From assembly GCA_000165425.1 (NCBI GenBank), contig CT868027.1, positions 1-64,000 of the forward strand: DNA of 64,000 bases, read 5' to 3'. Each line of letters begins with the position of its first letter. Within the stretch, counting starts at the first letter, position 1. The position numbers and the translations under genes are program-made. Below the pieces are notes generated by a model that saw only the letters and a list, made by a program, of their open reading frames with translations, had not been told where the DNA came from and did not search any database. This stretch comes from Paramecium tetraurelia (taxonomy: Eukaryota). Below are positions 41,701-57,096 of this stretch, one piece after another.

Positions 41701-43025
41701 GTTTGATACTATGTAAGATGGCTAAGGATATTATTGTATATTCTTCATTATTTTTATTGTGATCCAATAATATATTATGTTGAATTTGTTCATTTTGATT
41801 ATTTTGGATCAATACGAAATCAATTATTTCAACAGTGATAATCCCCTTAATAAATTTTAAGAGTATGAAAATATGTTTATTGAATCTTGGTCCAAATTTG
41901 CCAAGGAAGACAAAGGAATGAAGATGAGTCAACAATTACTAGTACCATTATTACTCGATATGGAAAAACCCATTGGTTATGATTTGAAATTGAAATTAAA
42001 TGATGAAATTAGTGAATGGAGAAGAATCAATCCTCAATTAGACACAAAGGAGAATGTCCTAAAGCAAACTCAAATTCTCAGAGCTTAGGCAAAAAGAGAT
42101 GTTTCTACCTAAATCATGAAAATGAATATCTATGCTGATAATGTAGGATAGGTCAAATATCATTAGATATTGTTTTCTGTTATGAAATCCTACATGTGGA
42201 AGAAGGTGTAAGTAAATTTAAGTCCTGAAGGGGCTGAAAAGATTCTAATAAAGGAAGACGAAACATAAAAAAGATTGAAAAAGAAGTAGGTTGGTGTTCA
42301 TTCAAAGGAGGTGAATTTAGTTAATCCTATTGTACACTTCTTATTTGTTCATATGGCTTTTAAAACTTTAAGGAGGTATGGAGAAAAGAAGAAGCAACAA
42401 AAAGAGTTGCAAGCTCAATTATTACTTGAATAGGAGTAGGAACATTATAGTGATGGATTTAGTTCTGATTCCTCTTTTGATAATAAAATAGAGATACTAT
42501 CCAGAAACTCAAAGGACACTGATCATCCAAGGCGACCTGATTATGGCAGAACAAAATATCTGACTCTACCCAACACTGAAATCTACAAGGAAGAAATTTG
42601 CCTCAATCAAGAAACTCCTATAGTAAATGATTCAGACAGAAGCTCAAGGGAGGAGGAGGAAGAACCAGATGAAGATGGTATTTATTTTATTTTATTCTCT
42701 TTAAGTCATGTAATAGTATAATAAGGACTTTAAAAGGCATCTCGTTAATCCTAATGGATCAAATGGAAATATTTAGGATGACAAAAGTGCTAGCAACCTA
42801 GGGGGAGGAGGAGGAAATACAAGAAGCAGTTAATCTCGAACTAGTCAAATACCCAAATAGCCTAAGAGACTGACTCTGAAACCTAGTGACTTGATTTCAG
42901 GATTGGGAGCTAGCAAGAAATCCATCCAATCCAATCAACCTTCTGCTAATCAAAATCCCAATGCTTCTTAAGACAATCCATCAATTATGAATTAAAGTAG
43001 TGGAAACAGTGCTAGTAATAAATGA
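35795..43025 (+). CDS. Four-domain voltage-gated Ca2+ channel alpha subunit (apparent frameshift near 41195)
   Basis: Four S4 segments (e.g. RSFRVLRPLRTV, RVFRVLRVTRLFRLIK) and pore loops TLEGW, TLENW, TLEGW, TGEDW; about five short introns; an in-frame upstream ATG at 35624 makes the start uncertain. Confidence 0.93.
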
Positions 43026-43087
43026 TTTATATATATAAATTTGCCAACTTAAATATCCAATTATTTATTAAATTAAATATCTTGAAC

Positions 43088-44515
43088 ATGTTCCGAAGGG
43101 TATTTGGAATCTCTAATAGATGCACTCCTACTCGTTTACGATACTTAAGAGAGTATGTATGTTTAAGAGAGGCTGCAAATCCATCAGCTTAATAAGCCTA
43201 AATAGCTTAATTCCAATAAGTGTCAAATAAATATGGATTGGCAGTTCCTCAATTAGCAACTTTATCTGGAATCTTTTAATTAAGTCAATTACTAAGACCT
43301 TAAAATTTCCCAAATCCTAATGATTACAAAGTAACTCACTTTATTTTGAATATCTATAGATACATGTTGAAAAGTTAGAACTATTGTTTAGACAATCCTA
43401 ACAAAGTAATGAGACTTTAAGTTAATTTGCATAATCCCTCGAATTTAAAATTCCAGAAATAGCAAAACTTACTAATGATGCTAGAAAATAGGCTGCCTAA
43501 GAATTGTTTAGCATTTATTTAGAAGGAATTCATTATGATAATTTAGTCTCACCGTAGAGATTATATAATATTTTAGAGGCTATGTTGAGTAATTAGAATC
43601 AATTTACAGACAAAGAACAAAAGAAGCAGCCAAAAAAATTTAAGCAGAAGTTAAGGATCCCTAATTAGCAACCTAATTAATATAATCCCTTGAATCGATC
43701 TTAGAAAATTATTAATTCCATTAAGGAAGGTATTCGCGTATTCTAATTTAGATATGTTGGTTTGATTAAGTCATTCATAGACACTCTCTAAGGCACAGAA
43801 GTGTAAGTAACTTAAAAATTGGATCAACAAACCCAAGAGAAATAATTATTCATCCAAACTGTAGACAAAGCAACAAAGAAATTCTCTGCCGAAGATTAAG
43901 AGTATGCCAGAAATGTCGATGGACACGATTACAAATTATTCCTTTAAGAATTATATGAGAAAGAATATTAATCTGGATTTGCATAGAATAGATTTAATGA
44001 AAAAGGATAAAAATTGGTTTATGAATCATAGGCATAAGAACATCACGTTCTAAGATATCAAATTTTAGCAGGAGTGTTTGCGGGCTACTTCCTCTATTTA
44101 TTCTACAGAGGTGATGCCTATTACTCAACAATCGTGACAGTTCCAGTTGTTGCAGCAGCCTTCTTCTATTTGGCTAAGTAGGGACAAGTAAATATTGTGT
44201 TGCATACAAATAGGCCAAAAAGAGCTATTCCATTTGTTAGACAAGTGCTCAAAAACACTGACAACACCTATGAGGTTGTTTTTGAATAGAATCGAATAAT
44301 TAGTAGAATTGAAAATGTACAACCAGGTTAAATCAAGTAAGTAGTTTGATTATTCTTCTTTAAGACTTGCTCAGGATACTCAATTTGCCAATGCACTCGT
44401 CCTTGGCAATCCAACAGATTTCGGATATCACGTTAAGGTTGCTGACAATTCATTTATTGCACCATACTTATATAGTGGAAATGGTTTAGATTTCAGAGCA
44501 TTTATTAATGTTTGA
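43088..44515 (+). CDS. Probable mitochondrial membrane protein, family unknown
   Basis: Arg-rich presequence-like start MFRRVFGISNRCTPTRLR; two hydrophobic segments in the C-terminal third; short introns. Confidence 0.65.
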
Positions 44516-44549
44516 TTCAATAATATAAATCACAATAAAAACAAAACTT

Positions 44550-47500
44550 TCATCCAATATAAGACTCAACATAATTATTAACACCATATAAATCCATTTT
44601 GTCTTGGTTTTCTAATTCATCTCTATCCAAACAATTGAATGCAAATCCAGTATGTTTTTGAGTAGCTACTTATCCAGATGGCTTATATGTTTATGGCTAT
44701 ATATTGGTTGATAGATTTGGCAATCTTAACGACATATTCTTGTTAACTTTAGACAACACTCTGTTTAGTTTAATATTCAATGCGATGTCAATGCTACAAA
44801 TTGCAGCAATTACCAAAATGTTCCCGAAATGGAAATTTGGTGTTTGGAAAAGTCTAATAATAAATGAATAGTATACGAGTCAAACACCACATAGGCCTCT
44901 GCTGATGGTAAATTATCTAATATGATCCAAGAGAGCAAATAGGATATCATACTAAAAGAGATACTTCCCTAATAAATATGTAATGAAAAATACTAATAAG
45001 GCAGGAGTGTATGTGTTAGAGAATATCAGAATTTTAAGATTGCATACCACAACTACCATTCCAAATATCATGGTTCCTTAGGCCCAAAGGTGATGAGTGA
45101 AACCATTATCATCCACAAAATTTTCAGATATAGAATAAGTTGGAAGGAAACATACAATAGCCGTTTACCAGAATCCACAAAATATCCAAAACAACACAAT
45201 TTGAATATTAAATAAGAGACCTTTGGGACCTTGTTGATAATAGTTCTGAATTTTGTTGTCAGTCAATTAATCAGCATCGTATTCCTCATCAAATATTCCA
45301 TATATCATAATAGGGAGAGCTCCATACAAAATATTAAATAGTTGATAAATAAAAGTGTCATAGAGAGATTGGGCAGAATACATGGAGAGAATTCCATACC
45401 AAAATTGAGGTAACACAACTAAAATATTTTTATAAAATGTATAACAAACCAAAACACTATTCCTACGATAGCATTCTCTGCCGTGATAAAATAATAACCT
45501 TCGTAATTCTCTGAATTCCTATACACTATAATCAGCTGCTCTTGCTGCTTATTATCCTTCAACACCCCTAATGCCAACACCAACATGAGCAGCTGTTATC
45601 ATATTTACATCATTGGCTCCATCTCCAATGGCTAAGGTTGAACAGGATTAATTCTGATTTCTAATCAATGTAACAACATCCTATTTCTGTTTTGGACTAA
45701 CACGACAACACAATACCACTTCGCAACATTATCCTATCTCTGATACCTTTTTTTGAATATCTGGTTTCAATGCATGCAATAGTGCATCGCCAGAGATAAT
45801 CAATGCCTATCTCTAGTTCAAATCTTAAGAACCGATCTTATTCAAAATATCATCTAATCTTTCCTTAATCAACGCCTCCTCCTTTTCATCAACAACATGC
45901 TGCACTAATTAATTAGTTAATAAAGAACAAGAGTAGCCGATATTAATGGCAGTTTCTATTTTGTCACCTGTCAACACCCACACCTTAATGCCAGCTGCTT
46001 TAATGGCTGCTATTGTATCAGCCACATCCTACTATAATTTATCTTCTATAGCAGTTGCTCCTAATATTTCATAGTTCTTCTCCAACTCATCCTACAATAC
46101 CTGCATCCTCTCTTCTCTATTTTCTATAAGTTGTGTTGCTTATTAATATCGTTTATGCCATTCTTAATACTCTTGTTTCTCTAATTTTCTCTTTGACAAC
46201 ACCAAAGTTCTCAAACCTATTTTACCATATTCTTCAAGTCTTTGAACCAACTGGTGGTATTCGTTTTTAGCCAACTCTTCACTTGACAATCTCACATAAT
46301 CCAATAACACCGAGTCTGCACCCTTAGAAAATAAATAAATTTCCCCTGTCTTTATTACCTAAACCAATATTGATTGTCTCTTCCTCTAAGATGTAAATTC
46401 AAATATCTCTAATAATTGATATTCAATTATTTGATCTTAAAAACTTACTCTTTTGATATTAGTTTCATCTGTGCCTAAAAATTCAAATCCCACAAACCTA
46501 GCAAAATTTAATAAGGCTAATTCATCTGGAGATGTGGCATTATAGACTAATTTTCCATCTCTTTATTCTGATATGACAGTATGACAAATTGCTATCATCA
46601 TTAAACATTCCACTACTTTTTCATTCATCACATGATTCTTATCTTAAATTGCTTCAATTAGTTTTCTGTCCCTAAAATCTACATTGCTGACCAAAGGGAA
46701 ATTCTATAACTCATCATCTGTTATGTATTCTTCTGAACTTTTTAAAATGTCTCCATAATTCTAATTTCCTCTAAATTGAATTTATATTATTACATTATAA
46801 TTTATTTAAATTCCATTATATTACAGGTTAGAGTTCCAGTCTTATCACTGAATATGTGTTCAATTTAGCCCAGTTCCTCATTTAGATTTGATGTCTGCAC
46901 TCTTGGTTGGTTTAGTTTCTCATCTAAACTCATTATCTTTCCTTATATGAATTTGACCATTTCCAAAGTAACCAATAAAGAAATGGGCACAAAATTATTA
47001 AATATCAGCATCCAATTTCCAAATCTCACAAAAAAATTATATGGAATTGTATATTCTGATGTATTAGCTGCTATGTATAGATAGGTTAATGTCATTCTAT
47101 TGTTGTAATAATAAATGGAATAGACAAGAGATGCAATGACACACATGATAAATTGTATGATGAAGATCATCAATATGAATTTTTGCATTAATACTTCTAA
47201 TTTACTCCTCTTTGTTCTTGCTTTGAAAGAATTCATCATAATCTTTGTATCATGTCCAGTGTAAGCTACCAATCCAAATATATATTTCACATTTCTTAAA
47301 TTGCACCCTCTTAATAAGAAATTGTTAAAATTTATCGATGAAACTTAGAAACTAGAGGTAGTTGTTTCTCCAATGAACTTATATAAGTATGGAGTTGGAG
47401 CCTGGTACTTTAACACGATTCTTTTGTCCAATTGACCAAAACAATCATCGGATTTGAATATTTGCAATAAATCGGCATGCACATTTTTTTATTTTAAATT

Positions 47501-48169
47501 GGTTTCCCCATCCAATGATTTAGTTTCTACATAACAAATTCCTTTCTTCTCACTTGACCTCAGAAGTAGCATATCCGCTGGTATTATCTCATCTTAATGC
47601 ACCTTCACGATGTGTCCTACTCTTAAATTATACGATGCTATCTTCACAAAACTAGTTCCATCAAATGCTGTCACCTACTATTTGTTTTCTTCTATATCTG
47701 ATTTCCTTCTCTTGTAATCTTCGTAGAAATCCTTCGCTCCACTGACCAAAATAATAAAACCTAATGGTAAGTATATTGTTGGAATTCCAGAACTTATTGA
47801 AACTTCTGGAACCATTTAAAGCGCTCCCATTATCTAGAGGATAATATTAAAGACATACCACAAAATAAACATTGGCTAGCTTAGAGAATTACTCGAATAA
47901 TTATTTTGGAAAAAAATTCAACAAAGTGTATTTAGATGTTTGAATACCATTATCAGGCAACATGAAATCCGGTCTATTTGAAGTGATTTTCCTATTTTTA
48001 GATTGATATTTCTATGCGTAATTTCCCTTACTCTCAACATTATCGTACTGATATTCTATTCTTATTTTTTTTTATTACCAAATAAATTTTGTGTTTCCTT
48101 GTGATCTTAACTACTGAGAATATGAGGAGGGGTTTATAACTCTAATTAAATCATTTTAGTATCAGTCAT
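44550..48169 (-). CDS. P4-type ATPase (phospholipid flippase)
   Basis: [57 protein letters not shown]-terminal HTGFAF. Confidence 0.96.
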
Positions 48170-48315
48170 ATTGAGAAAATAAAATGTTTCAAATTAATAT
48201 TATTATTCTAAATTATATAATTGAACTCAGTTCCAAATATCTTGGCATATAACAATTACGGTTTTCATGCATTAATAAATCCATAATATCCATAAAAAAC
48301 ATATATATACTACTC

Positions 48316-49954
48316 TCATGATATTAACTGATTTTATTCGACCATCTCTAAATCAATGCCATCTATCTAGTTGAAATTATGCCCCATTTTTAAACCAGTA
48401 AATTGTCTTCTCCTTTCAAAGTATCTCAAGTAGAAAATTAACGCAATAAACCAACAGATTATTATATTCAAAACATTCTTCACTTCTGACTATCCTAACT
48501 AATTATAAATTATTAGATATACAACTTAATTTTATATTGTAAATGAATGTTAAATCTTACACAATGTTAACTATCCCTAAGTTGTTGTTTCTATTTGATC
48601 ATGTGTACATCTTGTCGAACTAATATCGACAAGGAATTAACTCTGCAATTTTTCACTCTTTTGGCATTTTATACTTGGAACACTTATAATTAAATTTAAA
48701 ATTTAAAATTCCTATCTTCCAATAACAGCTACACTTTATAAATTGGAAAAATCTAAATTATTTTATTTGAATTTCTTTGTTTTGATTAACTGGGGTTCGT
48801 AAAAGGATTTATGAGAGATAACCTTTGATTCAATGAAACCTATTTTGGATTTAAATAGTACCTGAGTATATTGAATGCTATACAATTTTATGATCATTTT
48901 GTCCTATTAGAATAGCATAATAATTTAAAACGCTAACCTCATTTATAATCATATCATCAAAATAATGATTGTTGATGTAATATTGCTTGGCTTATAAATT
49001 AACTAAAATCTCCAAAGCGTAATCTTGTTTGTTACTTGTTTTTGCAACTACAAAAAATGTATTGTTGTTAAAATCAAAACTTTTAGCATCAGGGATATTA
49101 ATTAGAAATTGATATTCATATTCATACTCATCTATTATTAAACAAAATATTAATCCTTATTCTCTATCTAGGATATATAAGTTATCTCCACCATCACTTT
49201 TTATATCTATTATTTAGGCGTAGTTTAAAAATAAGGAATTTATACTAGGCTTTAACATTATAGTTCCATTTGATAATTTATAAACATCAACTCCTTAATG
49301 ACCTGTTGCTACAAATACTAAACGATGTTTCTCATTGTAATGAACACAAAATATTTTATGCCTTTATTAAATTTGATCTTCTAAATTAATTTAAATTTCT
49401 TTCTGAGCCTCAAAATCAAATTGAAAACTAACACCTCCACTTTGAGTGAAAATGTAGGCTTTATTAGATTGATCATCAATTATTAATTAAGGAGTATCAT
49501 CCAATTCGATCTCGTTAAGATTCAAAATATCGTAGAAAGAATAATCAAATGTTCTTAAATAAATTCCATATGCCGATGAATTAAAATTCAATTGAAATAA
49601 TTTGAAATCATTCCTAACTATGAAAGCTTAGCTATATTATTCAGAAATTGCAATATCTGTGATATAGACTCCTTCTGTGATCCCTGTTTTGTCGATCCAA
49701 AGTTTTAATTTCCTTCTTATTTCTACATCTCTTTGAATAATTTTGCAATCTTCAATTTTAGAAGGATCAACTTTTTCAAATTCCCCCAAAGAAAAATTAA
49801 CATTATTAACTTTCCCACTTATTCTTTTATGTAAATTTATTGAAAACATGTCAAGAATACTAAATTTTACTAAAATTGATAAATTACTTTCCATATAGAA
49901 TTTCAATCTCTTTTTAAGATTCTAAGTTATAATTGCTTGGTGTTAGAGTTTCAT
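48316..49954 (-). CDS. Hypothetical beta-propeller-like (LVIVD-type repeat) protein
   Basis: Open frame under the ciliate code with one inferred intron; repeats like VFVATGHQGVDVYKL. Confidence 0.55.
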
Positions 49955-50042
49955 TCAATATAGATACTTAAGGCCTTTTAATTTAAGTATTTAACACATT
50001 TTGTAATAAATAGAAGTAAAAAATAAAATTCATTATAATAAA

Positions 50043-51068
50043 ATGTAAGATTACAAATATTTTAGTGATGATAACCCATACTGTGATCCTCCAGATATAT
50101 TCGAGCTGTTTCAATTCTATAATCAATATTTCTTTGAAGGGATATTAGTTACTTGTACTGTAAAATGGAGTACCCGAATGACTCTATGTGCTGGTAAATA
50201 ATTCTTCTTAAGTAAAGGCACCTGTAAATACGAAGGATAAAAATCATGTACTATAACTCTTTCTGAACCACTTTTAAAATTTCGTTCAAACGATGAATTA
50301 AAATCTACTCTTCTACATGAAATGATTCATGCCTACTTATTTATTACAAAACCATCTGAAGCATTTATAAATGAAGGTCATGGACCTGCATTCCTGGAGA
50401 AAATGAACTTTATAAATTAAGTTACTGGATTAGAATTGAGTGTCTATCATCAATTTCATGATGAAGTTGACAGATGCAGAAACCATATTTGGAGATGCAA
50501 TGGCAGATGTCAATAAAAACCTCCCTTTTTTGGCTATGTTAAAAGAGCTATCAATAGACCTCCTGGGAAAACAGATTATTGGTTTTAAAAACATTAAGAA
50601 GAATGTGGAGGGATTTTTGAAAAAATTAGTTAACCAGAAAAAAAACAGCCTCAAAAAAAAGTTTAGAAAAAGAAAAAGTCTAATGATGTGAAATAAGAAA
50701 AAATGATCAAATTATCCAATTTCTTTTAAAATGAACAAATTTATGCAAAATTTTAAATTAATTAAAAAGAAATAGCTGTAGAATTTCTAATGGTTCTCAA
50801 TTCATTATTGAATTTTGAACTATTCAATCAAAAATTGGAATCTATTATTTCATGTTTGAAGGAGACATATTAGTAAAATATCGAAAAATTTAATATTAAA
50901 AAACTAATTAACATCAAACAAAGTCTAGAGAAGTGTAATAATATTACTATTCTTAAATGTTCAAAAGAAGTTGGTGAGTAAATGAAAATACTTTCCATTT
51001 CTGTTCGCACCAATGGATGTCCTCCTTAAGTGAGTATATTAATGTAATTAAATAAATTATTGAAATGA
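50043..51068 (+). CDS. SPRTN: Spartan / SprT-like DNA-protein crosslink metalloprotease
   Basis: VKWSTRMTLCAG, LSEPLLKFR, TLLHEMIHAYL, HGPAF, HIWRCNGRC...PPFFGYVKRAINRPPG; one intron; 3' end less certain. Confidence 0.9.
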
Positions 51069-51087
51069 AAAGCTTTATAATTTATAT

Positions 51088-52086
51088 ATGATTACCATTC
51101 TTAATAAGGCTGTGAATTTTTATACAAAAAACAAAAGAAGAATTGATCCTCATATTACATTGCTAGGGCTCTACTTAACAACCAAATTCTTAATCAAAAA
51201 GACAAAGTACATTCTATCAACTTTAATGCTTTCCCAAGTTGATATTGTGAATAAATATGGAAAAGGATCATATGCCTTAATCACAGGTGGAGCTGGAGGA
51301 ATTGGAAAAGAATTCGCTATTGATTTAGCAAAGAAGGGATTTAACTTGATTATCGTTGATTTCAATCAAGTCAATTTGGAATCTGTATAATAAGAAATCC
51401 TAAAAATAAATAATAATCTGATGGTTAAGACAATCTAATTAGACTTTAGTCAAGGCAATAATCCCGACTTCTTTAAGAAATTGCAATAAGAAGTAAAATA
51501 CCATTTAATATCAGATATCAAATTTAGATATTTCCATTTTGATTAATAATGTAGGGACAGTCAAAGGAGCCACTGGTATATTTGATAGATAACCTATTTA
51601 AAATATCATAGAAGGCTTTAACATTAATTTTGTTACTGCCATCATGCTCACCCATGCAGTCATCAATTAAATGCATTTGAGAGATAAATATCAATCATTA
51701 ATCATAAACCTAAGTTCTGCTTCCTCTAATTTTCCTTTGCCTCATTATTTTGGATATGGGTCCTCAAAAGTAAGTTCGTTATATTATTGTAGATTGGCAT
51801 GGCTAGCTTTTTTGATGCTTTAGCCTTAGAAAATAAGGATAATAAAAAAATAGATATTTTGACATTAAAGCCATACTACGTGAGTACTGCATTGATTAAT
51901 TACAGAAAAGGGTTATTTGTTATATCCCCATAACAATTGGTTCAATAAACATGGAAATATGTTGGTAGAACAACAGAGGCCATTCCAAATATAAGTCATC
52001 AATTGTAATATTATTTTGATTCATCAATACCTTATTGGTTAATGATGAAAATTAATCAATTTTAAAGAAGACCTTAAAAAAAATGA
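51088..52086 (+). CDS. Short-chain dehydrogenase, 3-ketoacyl-CoA reductase / 17-beta-HSD12-like
   Basis: YALITGGAGGIGKEFAIDLAKKG, ILINNVG, catalytic YGSSK; two short introns. Confidence 0.9.
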
Positions 52087-52660
52087 TATTGATAATGAAT
52101 TATCTAAAAGTAAAATATTAATAGTATTCATAATATATAATAAATAGTCTTTAAAATATATTATTAAATAATTAAATGATTTAATAATCGACAAAACTCT
52201 CCATAATCTAAATTTATAGAATAATTATAGAAATCAATTCAAGTATCATACTTTGAAGTTGAGACAATACAAAATACATATATTAATTATTTCTTTTGAC
52301 TATTTTATTTATCTTATTCAACACTCACTTGCAAAATCTCCTAATTATTTCTTTTTCACTCTTTCCATTTTATACTATTCTTTGTTTTATTTTATAAAAA
52401 GTATACTTAATTTAAAAAATTTATACTTAATATTCCTAGAATAATACAATATTGAAGACGATCAAGGTCTTTCTTCCGTCCTTGATATTTAATGAATTTG
52501 AGCAAAACTAAATTAGAAAAGGTTCTTGATTATTAAAAATGATTATTGACCATAATGATGGAATTTTTATGTTATTTGTGATGTATTTTTGATTACCTAA
52601 TATAAATTAAAGTGCGTATTATCTGCATTTCTAATAATAAATAAAATCTTAAATTTATAT

Positions 52661-53421
<761 letters not shown>

Positions 53422-53455
53422 GTTCATATTAAAAAAAATAAAAATTTAATAATAT

Positions 53456-54955
53456 ATGTTTTATTCAACTGAACCAGAACCCTTTCCAATTGCTGTAATT
53501 AGTTTAGAATTGGAGGATCAGACTGAAGAAATTAAAATTTATGAAGGAGATGACATTGAAGAAATAGTGGAAAATTTTTGTTAATATAAAGGTCTAGAAT
53601 AAAAGTATGTGAAATACTTGATCGATCAAATAAATCAATAATTAAAAAAAGAACCCTCACCAAGATTTGGGGATAGTTTTGGACAAAATTTTAGAACTCA
53701 ATAACCATTATACTCAAATTAAAGCTAATAAAGTGAAGTCTGCTACACTACATAAGCAAGCAGTGTCGAAGAGAATTCTGCATAAAAAAGTTACGAAAAA
53801 TGGTAATAAATGATGAATAAAAAGACTGATCTCTAATAATTATTGAACATGTCTTCAAATATAGTTTAATGGACTGTTCCCAATACAGCAAGATGTAAAT
53901 ATTTCAAATTTATTAACATTTTAGCTTTCAACGAAAATAAAAAAATTACAGCAAATGAACGTCTCTATAGAGATGGGCTAGATATTCAAAAAAATAGAAA
54001 TGAGAAGGCTGAAATGCTTAAGATTCAAAAGTTATAATAGGAATCCAAATAAGCTACATTTAAACCTTTGATATCTCCTCGATCTAAATTGATCACACAA
54101 TAGAAAAAAAAAGTGAGTAAGCCAGAAAACAGTATCAATGAAGACGCTTTCCATGCTTAATAAAAGAGTTAAGTTTAAAATACTTAGAAATTATAAAATA
54201 GAACACAAGTTCAAACCTAAAAAAGAAAGGAGTCTCCCTTTTAGCCTAACAAATAGATTAATACAAGCAGAAATCGCTCTCAAAATAGGTCTGTAACACC
54301 AATTTATGAAAAGTTATTCAAATAAGCTTAGGAAGGTAAAAAAAAGAAGGAAGAATTTGCTAATTAAGAATTTCAAAAGATACATACATTTAAACCTCAA
54401 ATTAATAATCCAACTACTAGTGTAGATCATGAGAATTAAAAAATTCTTGTTTAAAAATTAGTCTAAGAACATGATGAGAAAAGACAGAGAATTGAAAAGA
54501 AAAGGTAAAAACTCTAAATTTAATTTAGGCATCAAATGTAAATGTAAAATTAACCTACTTTCCATCCTAAAATCACCAAAGATTAAACATTTATTAAAGT
54601 TAGCAAGCAAAGAGATTATGAAGACTCTTAACTAGCTATTGATTTATAAAAAGTCCAATCTCGTCTAGGTAGCAAAAACTCTTTTAGTTCTTCTGAAACC
54701 AGAATTTAGTCACAATAAAGTGAACAAACCTTTTTTGATAATTAAATGATTAAAATTTTCAATTTATTAGATGGAGACAAGGATGGTTATATAAACAAAG
54801 ACAATATCGACTTGCATAAAATAGATATAGATACTTTAGAAATAATTAAAGATGTCCTAATTTATATAGATGATAATAACATAGTCGCCGATTAGAATTC
54901 ATTTAAAAAAATATGTTACACTAACGGATTACAAGCCAAATTCAATAAATCCTGA
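53456..54955 (+). CDS. Hypothetical protein with TFKP-type repeats and C-terminal EF-hand
   Basis: ERLYRD, TFKPLIS, TFKPQIN, YFHPKIT; EF-hand IFNLLDGDKDGYIN; short introns. Confidence 0.75.
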
Positions 54956-55045
54956 TAAATTTTTCATTTTTCGAGATATTTATAATAATAATATATATTC
55001 CTCTAAACTCAATATGTTCATTAGACAAATTCTGTTTATAATTTT

Positions 55046-56204
55046 ATGTATAAAATAATTTAACCATCATAAGAAGAAGAAATATATTTTGGTTAGAAAT
55101 AAGGTCAATAAATTCAATAAGCTTAAGATGAATCATTTTATGAAGATATCTCATAAATACCAACTCAATTATAGAAAGAAGAATTGGAATAGATACTCGA
55201 TCTCAAGCCTCATTTCGTTAATTCAAAGCTTCCTTAAAATTAACATAATTTCGACTTGTGGAAATCCATTGAATAGATCGAAACGAGAATTTAACTATAA
55301 GAACATAATTTTCAAAGAATCAATTTTGAACACCAAGAAGAAATTAAAAAACTAAAGAATGACCTAAACTAACAGAAACATTTATATGAAACAAAGATAG
55401 AAGAAATCAAATAATCAAGAATATAAAGCTCCAATTCTTAAATTTCCACTCCATATTCTTCTGAAAATAATCGAGAGTATAATTATCGTACTAATAAAAA
55501 TTACACTGAAGTATCATAAGAGAAACATTATTTGCAATAATTAGTCCAGGATTTAAAATAACAAATTTATATTTTGTAAACAAAATCCTTTTCTGCTCCT
55601 AATTAAAATGACTTTTCGTGGGAATAAAAGACAAATTATCTAGAACAATAAGATAAAACAAATATTGATAAGATATGCCAACTTGAAACTTAAATAATTA
55701 ATTAAAAGCTGTCCTATGAGAATGATATTTCAAAATTGAAAAAATAATTAGAGGAAAAAACTTTAGAAGAAATGGTGCAAAGAAATTAGGTTTAACAGTT
55801 ATAACAAAATTTAAATAATTACAAAAATAAAGTATTATATTTAAAAATTTTAGTTTAATTAAGTATCTTAATAACTATAATAATAAAGTTAACAATATTA
55901 ATCCTAAATTTATCAATTATAATTGCTATAATAAAAAAACTATCCTTTAGAAAACAAGAATCAGAGTTAATAATTATTAGAATTGACTGAGTAATTGTAA
56001 GCTTCTACGATGCTTCTTGAGAAGAAGATTTAAGAATGCGAATTTTATAAACAAAAAGTCTTGCAATAGTAAACCATTCATCAAAAATAATTCATTTATT
56101 CTCATCGTTAATCTCTAACGCCAACAACTTAGAGAATATCAACTTAAAATTAGACTGTGTTTTCAATTCCCAACAAATAGCAACTATTTTAATAATTTTA
56201 ATGA
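55046..56204 (+). CDS. Coiled-coil hypothetical protein
   Basis: MYKIIQPSQEEEIYFG...; Q/E/K-rich; end and intron structure approximate. Confidence 0.55.
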
Positions 56205-56444
56205 ATAATCATAAATAAAATTCTACTAATTAACTTAGATTATTAACTGAAACTCCTCATTTTTTATTCAACATATCATTTTTTTGATCTTACACTATGT
56301 TTTTTCTCTATCTATTTTAATCATAATTCATATTTGATATGCTACGTTTCTTAAAGAATTAACAAATATAGAACAAAAAATATGCTGAGGATAAACAATG
56401 TGAATAAAATTTTATATTGTGATGTACTTTTAAATAAATACACT

Positions 56445-57051
56445 TCATTTGGCTTATTGCTATTGCTATAGCTATTATTATTATGTTTATTAGATTCTAA
56501 TGTTGGCATTGTATACTCTGGCAATATTAACTTCAATTGTAGTGATTTAATCTTTTAGAAACACTATGTCTTCATCCTATATCAATAAATGGATATACAA
56601 ATTATCTAAGATTTGAGCTGGCATTTTCTTTATTGTATGATAAAAGTCCTTTGGCTTCATTAAATTCGAATTCAACCATGACATTAGCACCTAGCCAAAG
56701 GGCAACGGTCTTATTTTCTTTAGGTAAAACAGCTTTTGAATAAATAGTGTCTGTAATAAGAAAGTCAACAACTTCATCTTCTTTTTGGTGTTCCAAATGT
56801 TCCACTATACTCAAGGCTCTTTCAATTTCTGGTAATTTATTTTGCATTGATTCTCTTTACTTGACTAATTGTGCCTCCATAAATTTGTATTTGCTAAGCT
56901 CATATTAAATTAATTCTTACTTATATGCTTCCTACAAGCTTTCCATTAATCTTTAGACCGAGTTCTTGGAGATTAATTCATCAATATTTTCAAAGAAGAT
57001 AGCCTCTGGGATTTTTCTATTGTTTTATGCCTGCTTTGTAACAAGGTCCAT
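56445..57051 (-). CDS. PFDN3: Prefoldin subunit 3 (VBP1)
   Basis: RKIPEAIF, KYKFME, VALWLGANVMVEF, FLKDQITTIEVNIARVYN; two introns. Confidence 0.95.
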
Positions 57052-57096
57052 TTATATATTAATTATGATAATTATTTAATATATATATAAATTGAC

